DNA of 64,000 nt, from NCBI GenBank assembly GCA_043806135.1, contig JAZDHG010000034.1, forward strand, positions 6,283-70,282, written 5' to 3'. This stretch comes from Candidatus Omnitrophota bacterium (GTDB taxonomy: Bacteria > Omnitrophota > Gorgyraeia > B26-G9). The position numbers and the translations under genes were made by a program. Under the pieces are notes generated by a model. It had not been told where the DNA came from and made no database searches. It saw only the letters and a list, made by a program, of their open reading frames with translations. Of the stretch, positions 37,779 through 49,684 are shown one piece after another; the stretch's first letter is position 1, and the number at the start of each line of letters is the position of its first letter.

Positions 37779-38972
37779 TTATATATTTCTAATATCTTTA
37801 TTGGCTTTCTGTAAACTGTGCTTTAATAACCATTCTTTATCCGATGCTGTACCTGAGAGCCAGTGAGTAATAATATCAATAAAACTATTAGGAACTATCA
37901 ACTTTTTTAAGGCTGAATCAGCTCCTTTAGACAATTCGTTATACAAACCTGCATTATTCATCAATAAATTCAATGCTTGCGCAAGTGATTTTGCATTCCC
38001 GGCCTTAAAAAACACGCCATTTTTAATTGCCGTTTTAAACATCGGATGGTCAGATAACACAAGAGGCGTTTTTACAATATAAGATTCATATATTGTACAT
38101 GGCATTCCCTCACTAGCATTAATCCTGCTAGGGACAATCACTACATCCGAATCTCTCATGCAGCTAATCACCTTATCGTGTGGAACATTCCCTAAAAAAG
38201 TTATTATTTCTGAAATATTCAATACTGCGGCCTGGTTTTTAAAATAAGCAATATCGCCGTAGCCTGCAATAACCGCATTAGAATCAATGCCTTTTTCTTT
38301 TAGCAAAGCCACCGCTTTAATGATATCTCCTACTCCTTTTTCTTTAAGTACTCTTCCAGCATAAAAAAAATTCCAGATTTTACGATCTTTATTTAAAACC
38401 TTAGCTTCGAATTTATAGGAATTTAAATCCCAAGCATGATCCCAGGGAATAATTTTATGCCTATAAACTCCAAAACGTTGTAATAAAAGAGAAGCAGGAT
38501 AGTTATGATTAGAAACAACTTCAACATACGGGCTATTTAAAAGCAAAGCGAACAGTTTGCACCATATCAGACCACGTAAACCTGTACCTGAGAAACTGTC
38601 TGCGATCATCACAAAAGTGCTCGTCTTGGCCCGGACACAACATTTTATTAATTCCCGAAGCGGGACTTGAACAACAGTATAAGTTGGAGAAAACAGATTG
38701 ATAAATTCACTCATTTTTCGTTTGGATGCATTTTTATCCATTTTGAGAAACGGCAGGCCTACAGCCATAACTCCATTAGGCATCATTTGATCATACACCT
38801 CTGCCGCACCTAAGGAAACAACGCACACATCGCAAATCCCATATTTATTTATGAGGCCGGAAGGCAAATCAATGAATTGTTTCTGGGAAATATATGTATC
38901 AGGCTGGCCTTTTTCAAGTGAAAAATAAACATCACGATAATCCGGAGCTTGAAAAAAAAGCAATTTTTTCAT
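37779..38972 (-). CDS. Family-4-like (GT-B) glycosyltransferase
   Basis: VIVPSR..EGMPCTIYESYIVKTPLVLSD (EX7E-type motif). Confidence 0.55.
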   Translation of the reverse strand: MKKLLFFQAPDYRDVYFSLEKGQPDTYISQKQFIDLPSGLINKYGICDVCVVSLGAAEVYDQMMPNGVMAVGLPFLKMDKNASKRKMSEFINLFSPTYTVVQVPLRELIKCCVRAKTSTFVMIADSFSGTGLRGLIWCKLFALLLNSPYVEVVSNHNYPASLLLQRFGVYRHKIIPWDHAWDLNSYKFEAKVLNKDRKIWNFFYAGRVLKEKGVGDIIKAVALLKEKGIDSNAVIAGYGDIAYFKNQAAVLNISEIITFLGNVPHDKVISCMRDSDVVIVPSRINASEGMPCTIYESYIVKTPLVLSDHPMFKTAIKNGVFFKAGNAKSLAQALNLLMNNAGLYNELSKGADSALKKLIVPNSFIDIITHWLSGTASDKEWLLKHSLQKANKDIRNI

Positions 38973-38993
38973 AGTAAACCCGCAATTATTTTT

Positions 38994-40487
38994 TTAAATA
39001 AGCTTTTGATCTGTTTGATTTTCGCCTGCAATATTATCACGCGATGTTTTTCCATTAATAATCTCTTGTTTTGAAAAATCATATAAAGCAAATATTATGC
39101 CGACATTAATCCAAAACTGCACTGAATATATAGTCGCCCCCCCGAAAGAAAAAAGAATAAAATTCACAATGCTTGCCCATAATCCAAGCATCAGTTTTCC
39201 TGTTATTGAAGAGTTATTGTTCTTATAATAAACAGCGGTCCGTATTGTCAAAAACAGCAAAAACAGCAAAAATAATGCCGTTCCGGTCAACCCACGTTCT
39301 GAGAGTAAAGATAGGTATTCGTTATGTACAGCCAAACCGCTCTTCCATGGAAAAACCTGGTCGTATGGTCTATATTTAGAATACATATCCGTAGACATAA
39401 ACGGGCCTACCCCGAAAAAAGGATGGTCCAAAAACATTCTGATATTAGCTACCCAGGCATCTCTGCGCCATCCGGCAATTAACAGCGGGTTTTTTGATAT
39501 AACTCCCAAGTAAGGAATTCTAAAAATTGTTGCTGCTAAATAAGGGCTCTTTTGATATATGTATTCCATACTCAGGAAAGTGCCGACAGAAAGCACTACT
39601 AATACAATTAATAGCATAACCGCAAGGGTTCTCTTGCCTCTTATCCATAATAAGAAAAGAAAGGTCAAACTAATAGAAATAAAACCCAATCTGGAATAAC
39701 TGCAAAATAGGCCTAACAACTGTAAAATAAAGCAGACAGTCAAAAACTTTTTTTCCGGAAAACATTTTGATATTTTGCAAACATATGTAATCGGTAAAAT
39801 CATTATGACATATAAAGCAAAATAATTTGGATTTTGCCATCCTACTCCGCTGCGGTATATGGTCAAAGCTCCTAAACGAACCAGTGGAACAGGATCCATT
39901 AATTGTAAAGACGGCAAAAATGTTTGGAATAAAGCAAAAATACTGGCACCTGCCGCAACAGCAATCATCGCTTTAACTATTAAATAAATTTTTTCTTTAT
40001 CTTTGAGAATTTTAGAAATCATAAAAGACATTAAAATTAAGTATAATAAAACAACTGTTCTGTATGTGCTTAAAAAAGGATTGTAGGATAATACTGTAGA
40101 CATAAAAGTAAATGCACAAAAAAACAATAAAATTATATATTCAGCATGAAAGTGCGATAAGTTTTTTATTTCCATCTTGTTCCTGCTTATTTGGACAGAG
40201 CCCCAGATAAGAAACGGTATAAAAAATAATTCTGTTATCCTTAAAAAGAAATCTCCGAACATTATCCTAAAATCATGCAATGGTATCCCCATAATAAATA
40301 GAATTACCCAATCATAAACAGTAATCCGTCCTTTTTTCAACAGTAGCAATAATATAAATAGAAGTAACACACCAATAAGTAAAATTAGCTTAGACGAGAA
40401 ATGCATAAATAAATAGGGTAATACTGCTCCGATCATAAAGCATACCAATAAGATTATTAGGATTTTACTAAATGACATGTCTTTCAT
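38994..40487 (-). CDS. Wzy/O-antigen-ligase-family polymerase (membrane)
   Basis: 497 aa with about 12 TM helices and a periplasmic loop, plus a CSYSRLGFISISL (Wzy_C-like) motif. Confidence 0.6.
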   Translation of the reverse strand: MKDMSFSKILIILLVCFMIGAVLPYLFMHFSSKLILLIGVLLLFILLLLLKKGRITVYDWVILFIMGIPLHDFRIMFGDFFLRITELFFIPFLIWGSVQISRNKMEIKNLSHFHAEYIILLFFCAFTFMSTVLSYNPFLSTYRTVVLLYLILMSFMISKILKDKEKIYLIVKAMIAVAAGASIFALFQTFLPSLQLMDPVPLVRLGALTIYRSGVGWQNPNYFALYVIMILPITYVCKISKCFPEKKFLTVCFILQLLGLFCSYSRLGFISISLTFLFLLWIRGKRTLAVMLLIVLVVLSVGTFLSMEYIYQKSPYLAATIFRIPYLGVISKNPLLIAGWRRDAWVANIRMFLDHPFFGVGPFMSTDMYSKYRPYDQVFPWKSGLAVHNEYLSLLSERGLTGTALFLLFLLFLTIRTAVYYKNNNSSITGKLMLGLWASIVNFILFSFGGATIYSVQFWINVGIIFALYDFSKQEIINGKTSRDNIAGENQTDQKLI

Positions 40488-40509
40488 AATATTTTCTCAA
40501 AATTTTTTC

Positions 40510-41679
40510 CTAAAGTTTATATTTTATTATCTCACAAATTGATTTAAAACGCTCTTCCCATGTATTGTCTTTGGCAAACGCGATCCTTTGCTGTTTTTTC
40601 TCTTGCGAATCATTATTAAGAGCATTTTCAATCCCTAACACAAAATCCTCCTTATTCTCAGCAATTGTAAAATACTCTTTATAGGGCTTTAATTCCGGCA
40701 AAGCGGTTGAAACAACCGGTTTGCCTGTAGCCAGGCACTCAAAAACCTTAGCCGGCAGCACAGATTCCGTAAACTCATTTAACTGATAAGGAAGGATCAG
40801 TACATCACAAAGAGCCAGATATCTCGGTAATTCGCTGTAAGCAATAAAGCCCAGCCATTTAATATTTTCCAATTGCAGTAAACTTGACGGGATTTTCATA
40901 TCGACAACAGGCCCGATATTAACTATGGACCATTGCGGTTTTTTGCCGGCAATAAATTCTAATAATTCCAAGTTAATACGGATTTTTTCTTTTCCCATGC
41001 AGCCAAAAAAACATATCCGCGGCTTTTTGATATCCTGCATTGGCTCTTTACCCGATGCCCCGGGCTTATTGAAATGGTCAAAATCAACACCTGGGGGTAT
41101 TTGGTAAACGTTTGCATTAAATTTCTTTTTAAGGTTATAAAAATATCTGGCATCTGTAATAACAACATCAGCCATGGTAAGTATTGCATGCTCGCTTGCA
41201 GCTATATCCCATGGTGCCTCAGGATGTCTCAAGGCATCATAAACACAGTCATATATTAAAGTTTGCGGGGACAGCTTTTTTATTAGATTCACTGCGGTAG
41301 AAGTAGCTAAATATGTCCAGACAACAGGCTTATTATCACATAAATTTAGCAGCTTTTTTGCCAATAATTTTAGGATAACATGTTTATTTATAAAATTAAA
41401 CAGCCTGTTCTGGGGAGGCAAAACAAGAGGTGTGATAATCTGCAGATTTGATATTTCCTGTCCTTTGTCAAAAGCGGCATTTGATAGTTTTAGAGCTCTT
41501 AGTACACGTTTTGCAATATTAGCAATATCCGTCAATTTCTGACGTGAAAACCCCAGATGCTCCACAAAAATAACCTGGTTTGGGCCTGCAGCAAATTTTT
41601 CCATTAATATCTGGTGTCTTTGCTTGGCATAATGCCAGTCAATAGTAGATAAGCAAATTATAGTTTTCCCCTGGATCAT
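40510..41679 (-). CDS. Family-4-like (GT-B) glycosyltransferase
   Basis: Rossmann-like N-terminal half. C-terminal half has ILPY..NEFTESVLPAKVFECLATGKPVVST. Confidence 0.6.
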   Translation of the reverse strand: MIQGKTIICLSTIDWHYAKQRHQILMEKFAAGPNQVIFVEHLGFSRQKLTDIANIAKRVLRALKLSNAAFDKGQEISNLQIITPLVLPPQNRLFNFINKHVILKLLAKKLLNLCDNKPVVWTYLATSTAVNLIKKLSPQTLIYDCVYDALRHPEAPWDIAASEHAILTMADVVITDARYFYNLKKKFNANVYQIPPGVDFDHFNKPGASGKEPMQDIKKPRICFFGCMGKEKIRINLELLEFIAGKKPQWSIVNIGPVVDMKIPSSLLQLENIKWLGFIAYSELPRYLALCDVLILPYQLNEFTESVLPAKVFECLATGKPVVSTALPELKPYKEYFTIAENKEDFVLGIENALNNDSQEKKQQRIAFAKDNTWEERFKSICEIIKYKL

Positions 41680-42689
41680 ATTTTTTCTTTTCCTTTTTTA
41701 ATAACAATAACTTCCTGCGGGTATTCGCTTATTTTTGGAGTATGGTCAAACAAACCCTGTAATATATGCGTATTTATTAAAATACACTTATACATGCTGT
41801 TTGTACCTTCCTTGACCCCTCTTTTAATATAGCAGGAAAACAGCCAGATTAAAACGATAATTCCTGACCAGAGCAATAGCAATGAGTTATCCGTGTTTCT
41901 TGCCAGGGCAAAGATCGCGCAGCAAAAAACAGTAATCAAAGCAATAAATACATAAAACAATTTAAAACGGGTAAAATAAGCAAAAGAAAAATTTCCCTGA
42001 ACAAGTGTAAGCCTGAACATCTGCCCAATGCCTCTATACATACCCGCATTTAATCTGCGTCTAAAGTTATCAATATTTAAGGACGTATAGTGCTTTATCA
42101 TCGGATATGGCAAAGAAAAAAGCTTAAATCCCGCCTTTAATAACCTGATGCAAATCTCTTGTTCTTCCTCCGCTTTTAAAAATGGATTAAAGTAACCGCC
42201 GCTGGCCAGCAAGGCTTGCCTTTTAAACATGGCTGCTCCGGCCAATAAGAAAACCTGCGCAAATCTATTACCTCTCTTGTACATATCCTCCCGCACTGAG
42301 CCGTCATCATAATATTCAGCCCCCATACCGGCGACTCCCGCTGTCTGCTCATTAGCATCAAGGAATTCAATCGCTTTTTCCAAAAATCCAGGTATTAGTT
42401 CCATGTCGGCATCAATAACAAAAATGTATTTGCCGGTCGTGTTTAAACAGCCAAGATAACGCGCAGATGCCGGAGATGAAAACCAGTTGTCCCTTAATTG
42501 AATTATATCCACCGGAAACTGCTTTGCTTTTTCTATACTTCTATCCGTAGAGCGTGAATCAACCAGCAGGATCTCAAAACTGCTTATATTTTTAACTTCA
42601 GACAGAACAGATCTAAGGCATCTTTCAATGTTCTTTTCCTCATTTTTACAAGGGATAATAACTGATAGTAAAATTTCTGATTTACTCAT
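41676..42689 (-). CDS. Family-2 glycosyltransferase with a C-terminal TM segment
   Basis: LSVIIPCKNEEKNIERCL GT-A motif, VIDADME (DxD). 4-nt overlap with the upstream GT4. Confidence 0.7.
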   Translation of the reverse strand: MSKSEILLSVIIPCKNEEKNIERCLRSVLSEVKNISSFEILLVDSRSTDRSIEKAKQFPVDIIQLRDNWFSSPASARYLGCLNTTGKYIFVIDADMELIPGFLEKAIEFLDANEQTAGVAGMGAEYYDDGSVREDMYKRGNRFAQVFLLAGAAMFKRQALLASGGYFNPFLKAEEEQEICIRLLKAGFKLFSLPYPMIKHYTSLNIDNFRRRLNAGMYRGIGQMFRLTLVQGNFSFAYFTRFKLFYVFIALITVFCCAIFALARNTDNSLLLLWSGIIVLIWLFSCYIKRGVKEGTNSMYKCILINTHILQGLFDHTPKISEYPQEVIVIKKGKEKI

Positions 42690-42692
42690 AAC

Positions 42693-44210
42693 TCACCTTT
42701 TCTTAACACTTAAATGAAACGATGATATCTTTCTTTGTTCTCCGATCCTCTTGATAGAGTTTATAGCCGTCGCGAGAACTTTGTTCTCACGAACAAAAGC
42801 AAATAAGGCATTTAATATGCCAAAAAATATACGTGCTATTATTTTTGATGATAAGAAAATATCGGTTATTTTCTCGGCATATTTTTTAAGCCATTTAGGC
42901 AGTTTATATACCAATTGATACAAATTCATTAGCGGTCCAAAAAAGTTTCGCACGAAAATAATCCTGGCCATGGTTGGTTTATCAAAATTCAATGCGCTTC
43001 CCTCCACATAGTCAGTAATAATACGGTCCGTCAACAATTCTTTCTCGATGCATAGTTTATGCAGAGCCGTTTTTGGAAACGGATATAAAATAGAAGTATA
43101 AGTAAAATCAGCATTTAAACGGGCATTGAGCTTTACCGTATCAAGGATCTCTTTTGCTCCCTCTCCGGGCAATCCTACCATATTAAAAGTGGCGAATTCA
43201 ATCCCGTATTTCTTGCACAATCTGGCAGCTTCAAGCAGGACATCATCAGACATATTTCTCTGCAAGACTCCGTTTCTTAAGCCTTCATTGCCGCTTTCAA
43301 GGCCAATAATAACCCTTCGGCATCCTGACTCATGCATCATAGCGGTAATTTCTTCATTTGCCAGGTAATTAGCCCGCATATTACAGCGAAAAGGCAAATT
43401 TATATGTTTCTTATACTTTTGCGTAAATTCTCTGAACCAGTCTTTTTTCAGGGCCAGGATATCATCATAAAAACCAATAAATTTTGTCTGCGGATATATC
43501 TTTATTACAAATTGAATCTCCTCTATCACATTATCGACACTCCGAAAACGTACCCAAGGCTGATTTTCTGCCATGCTCTCTCTTAAACTTTGATTACAGC
43601 AATAAGGGCAATTATAAGGGCAGCCGCGTGAAGCCATAACAAAGAACATCTGCTCCCGGCCTTCCATAAGATTTTTATAATTGAATATAGTTCTATCCGC
43701 AAAGGGAATACTATCAAGATCATTTATAAGCGGCCGGACGGCAGTTTTTATTATTTGCCCGTTAACCTTGCTCCAAATACCGTTAATGCCGGATGTTTCC
43801 TTTCCTTGTTTAAGAGTATGGCAAAGTTCTTTTATAGCTGCCTCTCCCTCTCCAATACATACATAATCTACTGTCTCAACCGCTAAGACCTGCTCAGGAT
43901 TTAAAATCGCGTGTACTCCGCCCACAAGAACCGGTTTATTCATGTCGTATTTTTTTGTCCATCCTGTCCACTCTCTGACAAAATTAAACATGGGCGTTGT
44001 ACTTGAAAAAGCATACAGGTCTGCCTTCTCCTTTTCAAGATAAAAAGTAAATTCCTCTTTTGAAACCGGCTGTGTAATATGTATCAAGGAGGTTTCAAAT
44101 CCCTCTTTTTTGAGCATACTTGAAAGCAAACCTATTCCAATATTGAATATCCCTCCGTAATTAGCACTGCCGATAACATCAGGATATATAAATGTGATTT
44201 TCATGATCAT
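42693..44210 (-). CDS. B12-binding-domain radical SAM enzyme (class B)
   Basis: CPYNCPYC cysteine triad, N-terminal B12-binding domain. 505 aa. Confidence 0.8.
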   Translation of the reverse strand: MIMKITFIYPDVIGSANYGGIFNIGIGLLSSMLKKEGFETSLIHITQPVSKEEFTFYLEKEKADLYAFSSTTPMFNFVREWTGWTKKYDMNKPVLVGGVHAILNPEQVLAVETVDYVCIGEGEAAIKELCHTLKQGKETSGINGIWSKVNGQIIKTAVRPLINDLDSIPFADRTIFNYKNLMEGREQMFFVMASRGCPYNCPYCCNQSLRESMAENQPWVRFRSVDNVIEEIQFVIKIYPQTKFIGFYDDILALKKDWFREFTQKYKKHINLPFRCNMRANYLANEEITAMMHESGCRRVIIGLESGNEGLRNGVLQRNMSDDVLLEAARLCKKYGIEFATFNMVGLPGEGAKEILDTVKLNARLNADFTYTSILYPFPKTALHKLCIEKELLTDRIITDYVEGSALNFDKPTMARIIFVRNFFGPLMNLYQLVYKLPKWLKKYAEKITDIFLSSKIIARIFFGILNALFAFVRENKVLATAINSIKRIGEQRKISSFHLSVKKR

Positions 44211-44310
44211 CAGTTCTTCTAGTTAAAGATCAAATTACATTACTTACTCAGTTATTCATAATGTTTTTACTATTTTAAACAAACAATAATCTTTTTTCTA
44301 TTAGTATCTT

Positions 44311-45078
44311 TCAATCTTTTTCATTACGCGCAACGATGATGATATCTTCTTTCGCATTTCGTGTAAGTAAATAGCCTAATAGTTTCCGCAGCAAAAAAAA
44401 GCGCCGATCAGGAGTCGAGAGATTACACACAGTATAGTTTTCGATAACAAATTTTTTCAACTTTAAGTAATCAAGCAAACGATCAAGCGTAAATACCCTT
44501 ACATGGAAATGATGTAAAGGAAACTCTCTTTGGGCAGGATTTTTATATTCCTGCCGGCATTGCTCCTGCAGCGCTGTATTATAAAAAATTGGCGTAGGAT
44601 GATAATTTGTCGGACATTTTCCTAACAAAAGTAATATTCGATTATACCACGCAGCGAGATTTGGCGTAGTTAAAGCTAAAAATCCTCCCGGCTTCAACAC
44701 ACGCTTGATTTCGGCAAATACTCCGGGCAGATCATAAACGTGCTCAAAGAGCTCACCAAAAAAAGCCATGTCAAAACAATTATCAGGAAATTGCATTTTG
44801 GTCACATCCCCCTGCACATGCTCAATATTGTTATAAAAATCATACAATATATCATCTTCAAATAAATTGACCATGGTAACCCGGGATTGAGGGTAATTAT
44901 CGGCTAAAATATGCGCAGTCGGGAAAAATCCGGCGCCGTCTAAAATTCTCTTAAAATTCCTATTCGAGCCCAGCATCTTGCATATAAGTTTAGTTCTAAA
45001 AAGCGCATCTTCGTACCATACTCCGTATTTTTTTATATACGTCTGTTTTATTAACTGTTCCTTATCCTTAATCTTCAT
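44311..45078 (-). CDS. Class I SAM-dependent methyltransferase
   Basis: LDGAGFFP, DMAFFGELFEHV and LKPGGFLALTTPN (type-11 methyltransferase motifs). Confidence 0.6.
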   Translation of the reverse strand: MKIKDKEQLIKQTYIKKYGVWYEDALFRTKLICKMLGSNRNFKRILDGAGFFPTAHILADNYPQSRVTMVNLFEDDILYDFYNNIEHVQGDVTKMQFPDNCFDMAFFGELFEHVYDLPGVFAEIKRVLKPGGFLALTTPNLAAWYNRILLLLGKCPTNYHPTPIFYNTALQEQCRQEYKNPAQREFPLHHFHVRVFTLDRLLDYLKLKKFVIENYTVCNLSTPDRRFFLLRKLLGYLLTRNAKEDIIIVARNEKD

Positions 45079-45091
45079 ACACCTTTTCTCC

Positions 45092-46573
45092 CTAAAATTG
45101 CTTTCCTAACGTCTTTTTGACTTTCTGTATAAAAGCATCCGGAATGATTTTTTTCACAATATAATAATATTTATGCCACCAGCGCAAATAAAAAGGCACT
45201 GTAACCCTTTGAAAAAGGCTAAGTCTTCTCAGTGAGTCCCTGCTCGTAAAATCATTTGTCTTAATCGCATTGTTCTTATCAATTTCATTGCCCAGGAACA
45301 TATGCTGCCCAGCAGAAATATCCGCAATATACCCTTTTTCTTTACATTCATCAAAAAGTTTAGTACCGGGATATGCCCTTGTGATCGTAGCATAGAATTC
45401 GTCAACTCCGATCTTCTTTAGTTTTTTTACAAAGTTTAGTGTTTTTTTAAAACTTCTTTCAGTCTCACCAGGATATCCGATCATAAAAAAAGCGTTTGTT
45501 TTAATTCCCAGTCTTTTACAAATTCGCGTTATTTCAAGCACCTTACTAAGATTGAGTCTTTTATTCATACGCTTTAGCATATCCGCATCACCGGATTCAA
45601 CCGCCAAGTTAAGGAAAATACAATTTGAGGCTTTGATCTGTTCAAGCAATTCCTCATCCAGAGTATCCACTCTTACTCCGTTAGGTGCAGACCAGGAAAT
45701 ATTAGCCCCTTTATTATTTAAAAAAATAATCCCCTGTACAATTTCCTGCATGCGTTTTTTTTCAAAAGTAAGGTTATCATCTTCAAATTCTATATGCTGA
45801 ACTTTAAACTCTTCAACAAGCAATTTAATCTCAGCAAGCACATTTTCCGATGATCTCTTCCTCCATGTATAACCTGTTATCGAATGGATTGAACAAAATG
45901 TACAGTCATAAGGACACCCACGTGAGGTTATCATACTTACTGTCCTAATCCTGTCTCTACGCGGTGAACAAAAAGACAAATATTGATGCATCGGCAGTTT
46001 ATTTCTTGCCGGATATGGAATGTCATCAAGGTTTTCTATTATTTTGGCACGCCTTACCCGGCTGACCGGTTGTGAATAAGCCAAAACTCCCTGAATCTGT
46101 TCCGGGTTATGGCCTGAAATGATTTCAAGCAAAGGCAGCTCTCCTTCACCCACCACATAGTAATCTATATCCGCACAAAATGCATCCCGAGGTGTAAGGG
46201 ACGGATACACTCCTCCCAATATTATCGGTTTATCAGGGAAACCTGCTTTTATCTCATGTGCCAGCTCTTTGACAATCTTCGCATTATTAGTAAAAGGAGC
46301 GGAGATACCGATAAAGTCAGTATCCTCAGGTATTCTTTTAACAATGCTTTCATACTCCAATCCTACCTGCAAAGATATCTGTTGTCCTGCAGATATCTTT
46401 TTATGATTAAGAACGCCTTCTGCCAAAGCATCAATTATACTTACTTCATGCCCGTGTTTCAGCAGAAACGCCGCTAGATACGCAATACCTAAATTCTGAG
46501 AAAGAACAATATCACGCTCATGCGCAAAAACCCATGGAGGATTAATAAGAATGATTTTTTTTGATTTTAGCAT
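45092..46573 (-). CDS. B12-binding-domain radical SAM enzyme (class B)
   Basis: KKIILINPP N-terminus, CPYDCTFC. A close paralog of the 34357-35868 gene. Confidence 0.8.
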   Translation of the reverse strand: MLKSKKIILINPPWVFAHERDIVLSQNLGIAYLAAFLLKHGHEVSIIDALAEGVLNHKKISAGQQISLQVGLEYESIVKRIPEDTDFIGISAPFTNNAKIVKELAHEIKAGFPDKPIILGGVYPSLTPRDAFCADIDYYVVGEGELPLLEIISGHNPEQIQGVLAYSQPVSRVRRAKIIENLDDIPYPARNKLPMHQYLSFCSPRRDRIRTVSMITSRGCPYDCTFCSIHSITGYTWRKRSSENVLAEIKLLVEEFKVQHIEFEDDNLTFEKKRMQEIVQGIIFLNNKGANISWSAPNGVRVDTLDEELLEQIKASNCIFLNLAVESGDADMLKRMNKRLNLSKVLEITRICKRLGIKTNAFFMIGYPGETERSFKKTLNFVKKLKKIGVDEFYATITRAYPGTKLFDECKEKGYIADISAGQHMFLGNEIDKNNAIKTNDFTSRDSLRRLSLFQRVTVPFYLRWWHKYYYIVKKIIPDAFIQKVKKTLGKQF

Positions 46574-46638
46574 TTTAAGCCTATTACCACCTTAACAACA
46601 TATTTTTCTTTACACTATCACATCAACTAAGCTATTCC

Positions 46639-48114
46639 TTAATCTTGCTTTAAGCTGTAAATCGGTCTGTAAAGATAATATCTTTCATTGCTATGGCCGA
46701 ATATACCAGTCTCTACTTTGTGTAATAATCGATATTTTGAGGTTTCACTCACTGGTATTTTGTTGTTTAAAAGAATTAATGTCTTATTTTTTGGAAAATT
46801 ATTCTTATTTATTCTTCTTACAATTTCTTCAAAAGGGATAAATATATCTCTTCTGTATTTTTTATTCCAGGTGACAAATGTTCCGTATTGTTCAACATCC
46901 GCATACCAGAATTTAATATTCGGAATATACGGTAACAAAGAACTTGTATACGCTGACTCATGCGCAACGATAATATAATCGGTAAGATCGCTGCTTTTTA
47001 AAAAGTTTGTCATTTCTTTAGCTCCGGAGAACAAGAAATTATACTCTTGATAATGCCGAAGCCCGGCCGGTACAATCGATATTGCTAAACAAATATTCAA
47101 GGCTACGATTATTCCGTTGTATTCAAACAATTTGCTCCAAGCAGTTAATTTAGATTTTTGATTAGCGGTAGATTTTTTATTTTCGCATCCGGTGATCCAT
47201 AATGTAAATAATAATATTATTAGAATAAAACCAAAATGTCTGTAGCCCCAAAGAGACTTAAATATAAACAGATAAAATAAACCCAAATATGAGCAGAGCA
47301 TAATGAAAAATACTCTAAATGAAATTTTATAAATGTAAACACATACGCTGATTAATATTACTATAGCTGCTAGGAAGCTGCTATAAGCAGCAATATTCGG
47401 TGAACAGGGAAAAAATGCATATCCTATCGCAAAGAATAGGTTATAAAAATCAAATGCAGAGCAGAACCCGTAGTTCATATTATCTACAGGAGACAGAAGC
47501 TGAATAAAGGCGATTACAGCGCCGCAACCCATTATAAACAAAGCAGTTATTCGCTGTGAGTTTAATTGTTTATTTTGCCAACTTTCAAATAAAAAAACTG
47601 CGGATAAAGATATGGCGATAAAACAGCTATGCACATTAGTATTGAAAAGCAAAAAAATCAAACCAGCATAGATCATCGGTTTTTTAAACCGGGCCCCATA
47701 CAATGCAGCAATTAAGAATAACATTAAAACACTCAGACTATAGCTTCTTGCTATAATTGAGTACTCCCAAGCCATATAATAAGAACACATAAACAGGGTT
47801 TTTGTTATATTTGAAAATGGTGATTTATACACAAAAATTGCCGCGGCCAAACAGATTATGACTAAATTTATTAAATTCATCGATACATATGGCAAGCCAA
47901 GTTTAGCAAAAGGCAATAAAATCATATGCCAAAGAGCCGGCGTTCCTTCGTAAACCATTTGGCTAAAGATAGAAAAAAAAGGCAGGTCTCTGGCAATTAA
48001 CCAGGCTTGGGCCTCGTCTCTCCAAGGCTCGTGATGAAATACAGTAAAACCCATGGTCAGAGCATAAAGAATAAAAAGCAGAGTTTCCCATGAAATTATT
48101 TTATTTTTCTTCAT
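46639..48114 (-). CDS. Polytopic membrane protein, putative GT-C-type glycosyltransferase (start trimmed)
   Basis: More than 12 TM helices. [18 protein letters not shown] first periplasmic loop with conserved acidic residues. The track ORF starts at 48168, overlapping the upstream gene by 68 nt. MKKNKIISW at 48114 is more plausible. Confidence 0.35.
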   Translation of the reverse strand: MKKNKIISWETLLFILYALTMGFTVFHHEPWRDEAQAWLIARDLPFFSIFSQMVYEGTPALWHMILLPFAKLGLPYVSMNLINLVIICLAAAIFVYKSPFSNITKTLFMCSYYMAWEYSIIARSYSLSVLMLFLIAALYGARFKKPMIYAGLIFLLFNTNVHSCFIAISLSAVFLFESWQNKQLNSQRITALFIMGCGAVIAFIQLLSPVDNMNYGFCSAFDFYNLFFAIGYAFFPCSPNIAAYSSFLAAIVILISVCVYIYKISFRVFFIMLCSYLGLFYLFIFKSLWGYRHFGFILIILLFTLWITGCENKKSTANQKSKLTAWSKLFEYNGIIVALNICLAISIVPAGLRHYQEYNFLFSGAKEMTNFLKSSDLTDYIIVAHESAYTSSLLPYIPNIKFWYADVEQYGTFVTWNKKYRRDIFIPFEEIVRRINKNNFPKNKTLILLNNKIPVSETSKYRLLHKVETGIFGHSNERYYLYRPIYSLKQD

Positions 48115-49675
48115 GATATTCCTCTTCTGTATTGACCTGCCAGATATTATCTTTAGATGTATTGCCATTTACAATATTTTCAACTGCAGTCATTGCTGTA
48201 AGCATTGAATGATCCGCATTATTGTATTTATGCATCCCATTTCTTCCAATCAAAAATAGATTATTTATCTTATCAGTAAAATCCCTAATTACATGAAAAC
48301 TGTCATAACTGCCGAAATATGCCGGATATGTTTTCGGCATTCTGATAACAGTCGAATCCAAAACATCATTTTTATCAATGATATCAATCTGAGTTAATTC
48401 ATTGATAGCAAACTCTGCGAACTCATCATTGGATTTGCTCCATAACTCATCTCCTTCATTACAAAAGTATTCTAACCCGATCCAAACCTTATCAGGATCT
48501 TTTACCATATACGGGCTCCAGTTGTTAAAAATCTGCAGCCGACCAAGTTTTACATCTTTTTCCTGAATATATATCCAGTTATCCGGCACAATATTATTAA
48601 CAGTGGGAATTTTAGTTTCATTTCTTATTTTCATCTTTTCCAAAAGAAGTCCAATAGTTATGAAATCCCGATACATTAATCCTTTTGCAACTTTTTGGAC
48701 CGGATCCGGGACGCTCGGATTCATAGACGCAATAAGCTCTTTAACCGGCATGGTTGAAAACAAAAAATCGCATTTATATTCATTTTTATCATTTGTTACA
48801 TTGCTTTTTACTCCGACCCCAGATACTAAGCCTCCGGATATGTTAACCGCAACAACTTTACTCTCCATGTGAATCTCTCCACCCTTTGCAATTATTTTCC
48901 GGGCGACTTCTTCCCATAACTGGCCCGGTCCTAATTTCGGGTAATAAAACTGCTCAATCAATGATGTTTCCGTTTTCTTTTGAGCAATCGATGTGTCCTT
49001 TTTGAAAAAACCTTTAAACGCGTGAATTATCGCTTTGCTGATAGATAATCCCTTAACGCGCTGCGCGCCCCACTCAGGCTTTATTTTACTGCACTGGACA
49101 CCCCATACTTTTTCCGTATAATCTTCAAAAAACAGCCGGTAAAGCTGTTTGCCGAACCTATTGATGAAAAAATCCTCCAGCGATTTTTCTTTCTTGATAG
49201 GAAATAATTGGGACTTAATATAACTGAATCCAATGCGAATTATCTTTGTCATCCCTAAATTCTTAAATGTATTCCATTTTAAAGATATCGGATAATCAAA
49301 AAAGGAACGCTTAAAGAATATGCGTGAAATGCGTCTTCGAATCAACATAACCAGATCATTTTTTTCAGGATCCGGAGCATTTTCTTTTTTGGAAACAGCA
49401 ACACTTCTATTAAGGATAATATCGTCTCTAGATGGGCTGCCTTGCAATGAAAGTATGTTACTCCACCAATCCATAACCCGGTCTGATTTAGAGAAGAATC
49501 GATGACCGCCGATATCGATGCGATTACCTTTATAGTTAACTGTCTTTGATATCCCGCCGATATCAGAGGATATCTCAAAAATAACCGGTTTAATATCTGT
49601 CTTATGGAGAAGTTCATAAGCCGCAGTCAGTCCAGCCGGGCCAGCACCAACAATTACTGCAATTTTCTGATTCAT
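48101..49675 (-). CDS. FAD/NAD(P)-binding oxidoreductase (amine-oxidase/UDP-galactopyranose-mutase-like)
   Basis: [18 protein letters not shown] dinucleotide-binding motif, IDIGGHRFF. 524 aa. Confidence 0.65.
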   Translation of the reverse strand: MNQKIAVIVGAGPAGLTAAYELLHKTDIKPVIFEISSDIGGISKTVNYKGNRIDIGGHRFFSKSDRVMDWWSNILSLQGSPSRDDIILNRSVAVSKKENAPDPEKNDLVMLIRRRISRIFFKRSFFDYPISLKWNTFKNLGMTKIIRIGFSYIKSQLFPIKKEKSLEDFFINRFGKQLYRLFFEDYTEKVWGVQCSKIKPEWGAQRVKGLSISKAIIHAFKGFFKKDTSIAQKKTETSLIEQFYYPKLGPGQLWEEVARKIIAKGGEIHMESKVVAVNISGGLVSGVGVKSNVTNDKNEYKCDFLFSTMPVKELIASMNPSVPDPVQKVAKGLMYRDFITIGLLLEKMKIRNETKIPTVNNIVPDNWIYIQEKDVKLGRLQIFNNWSPYMVKDPDKVWIGLEYFCNEGDELWSKSNDEFAEFAINELTQIDIIDKNDVLDSTVIRMPKTYPAYFGSYDSFHVIRDFTDKINNLFLIGRNGMHKYNNADHSMLTAMTAVENIVNGNTSKDNIWQVNTEEEYHEEK

Positions 49676-49684
49676 TTTTTATCC

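Noticed and set aside
46639-48168. 68-nt overlap between the membrane-protein ORF and the upstream FAD oxidoreductase gene
   Set aside because: Most likely an artefact of the longest-ORF choice. The internal start MKKNKI (48114) reduces the overlap to about 14 nt, so it was not treated as a frameshift or fusion.
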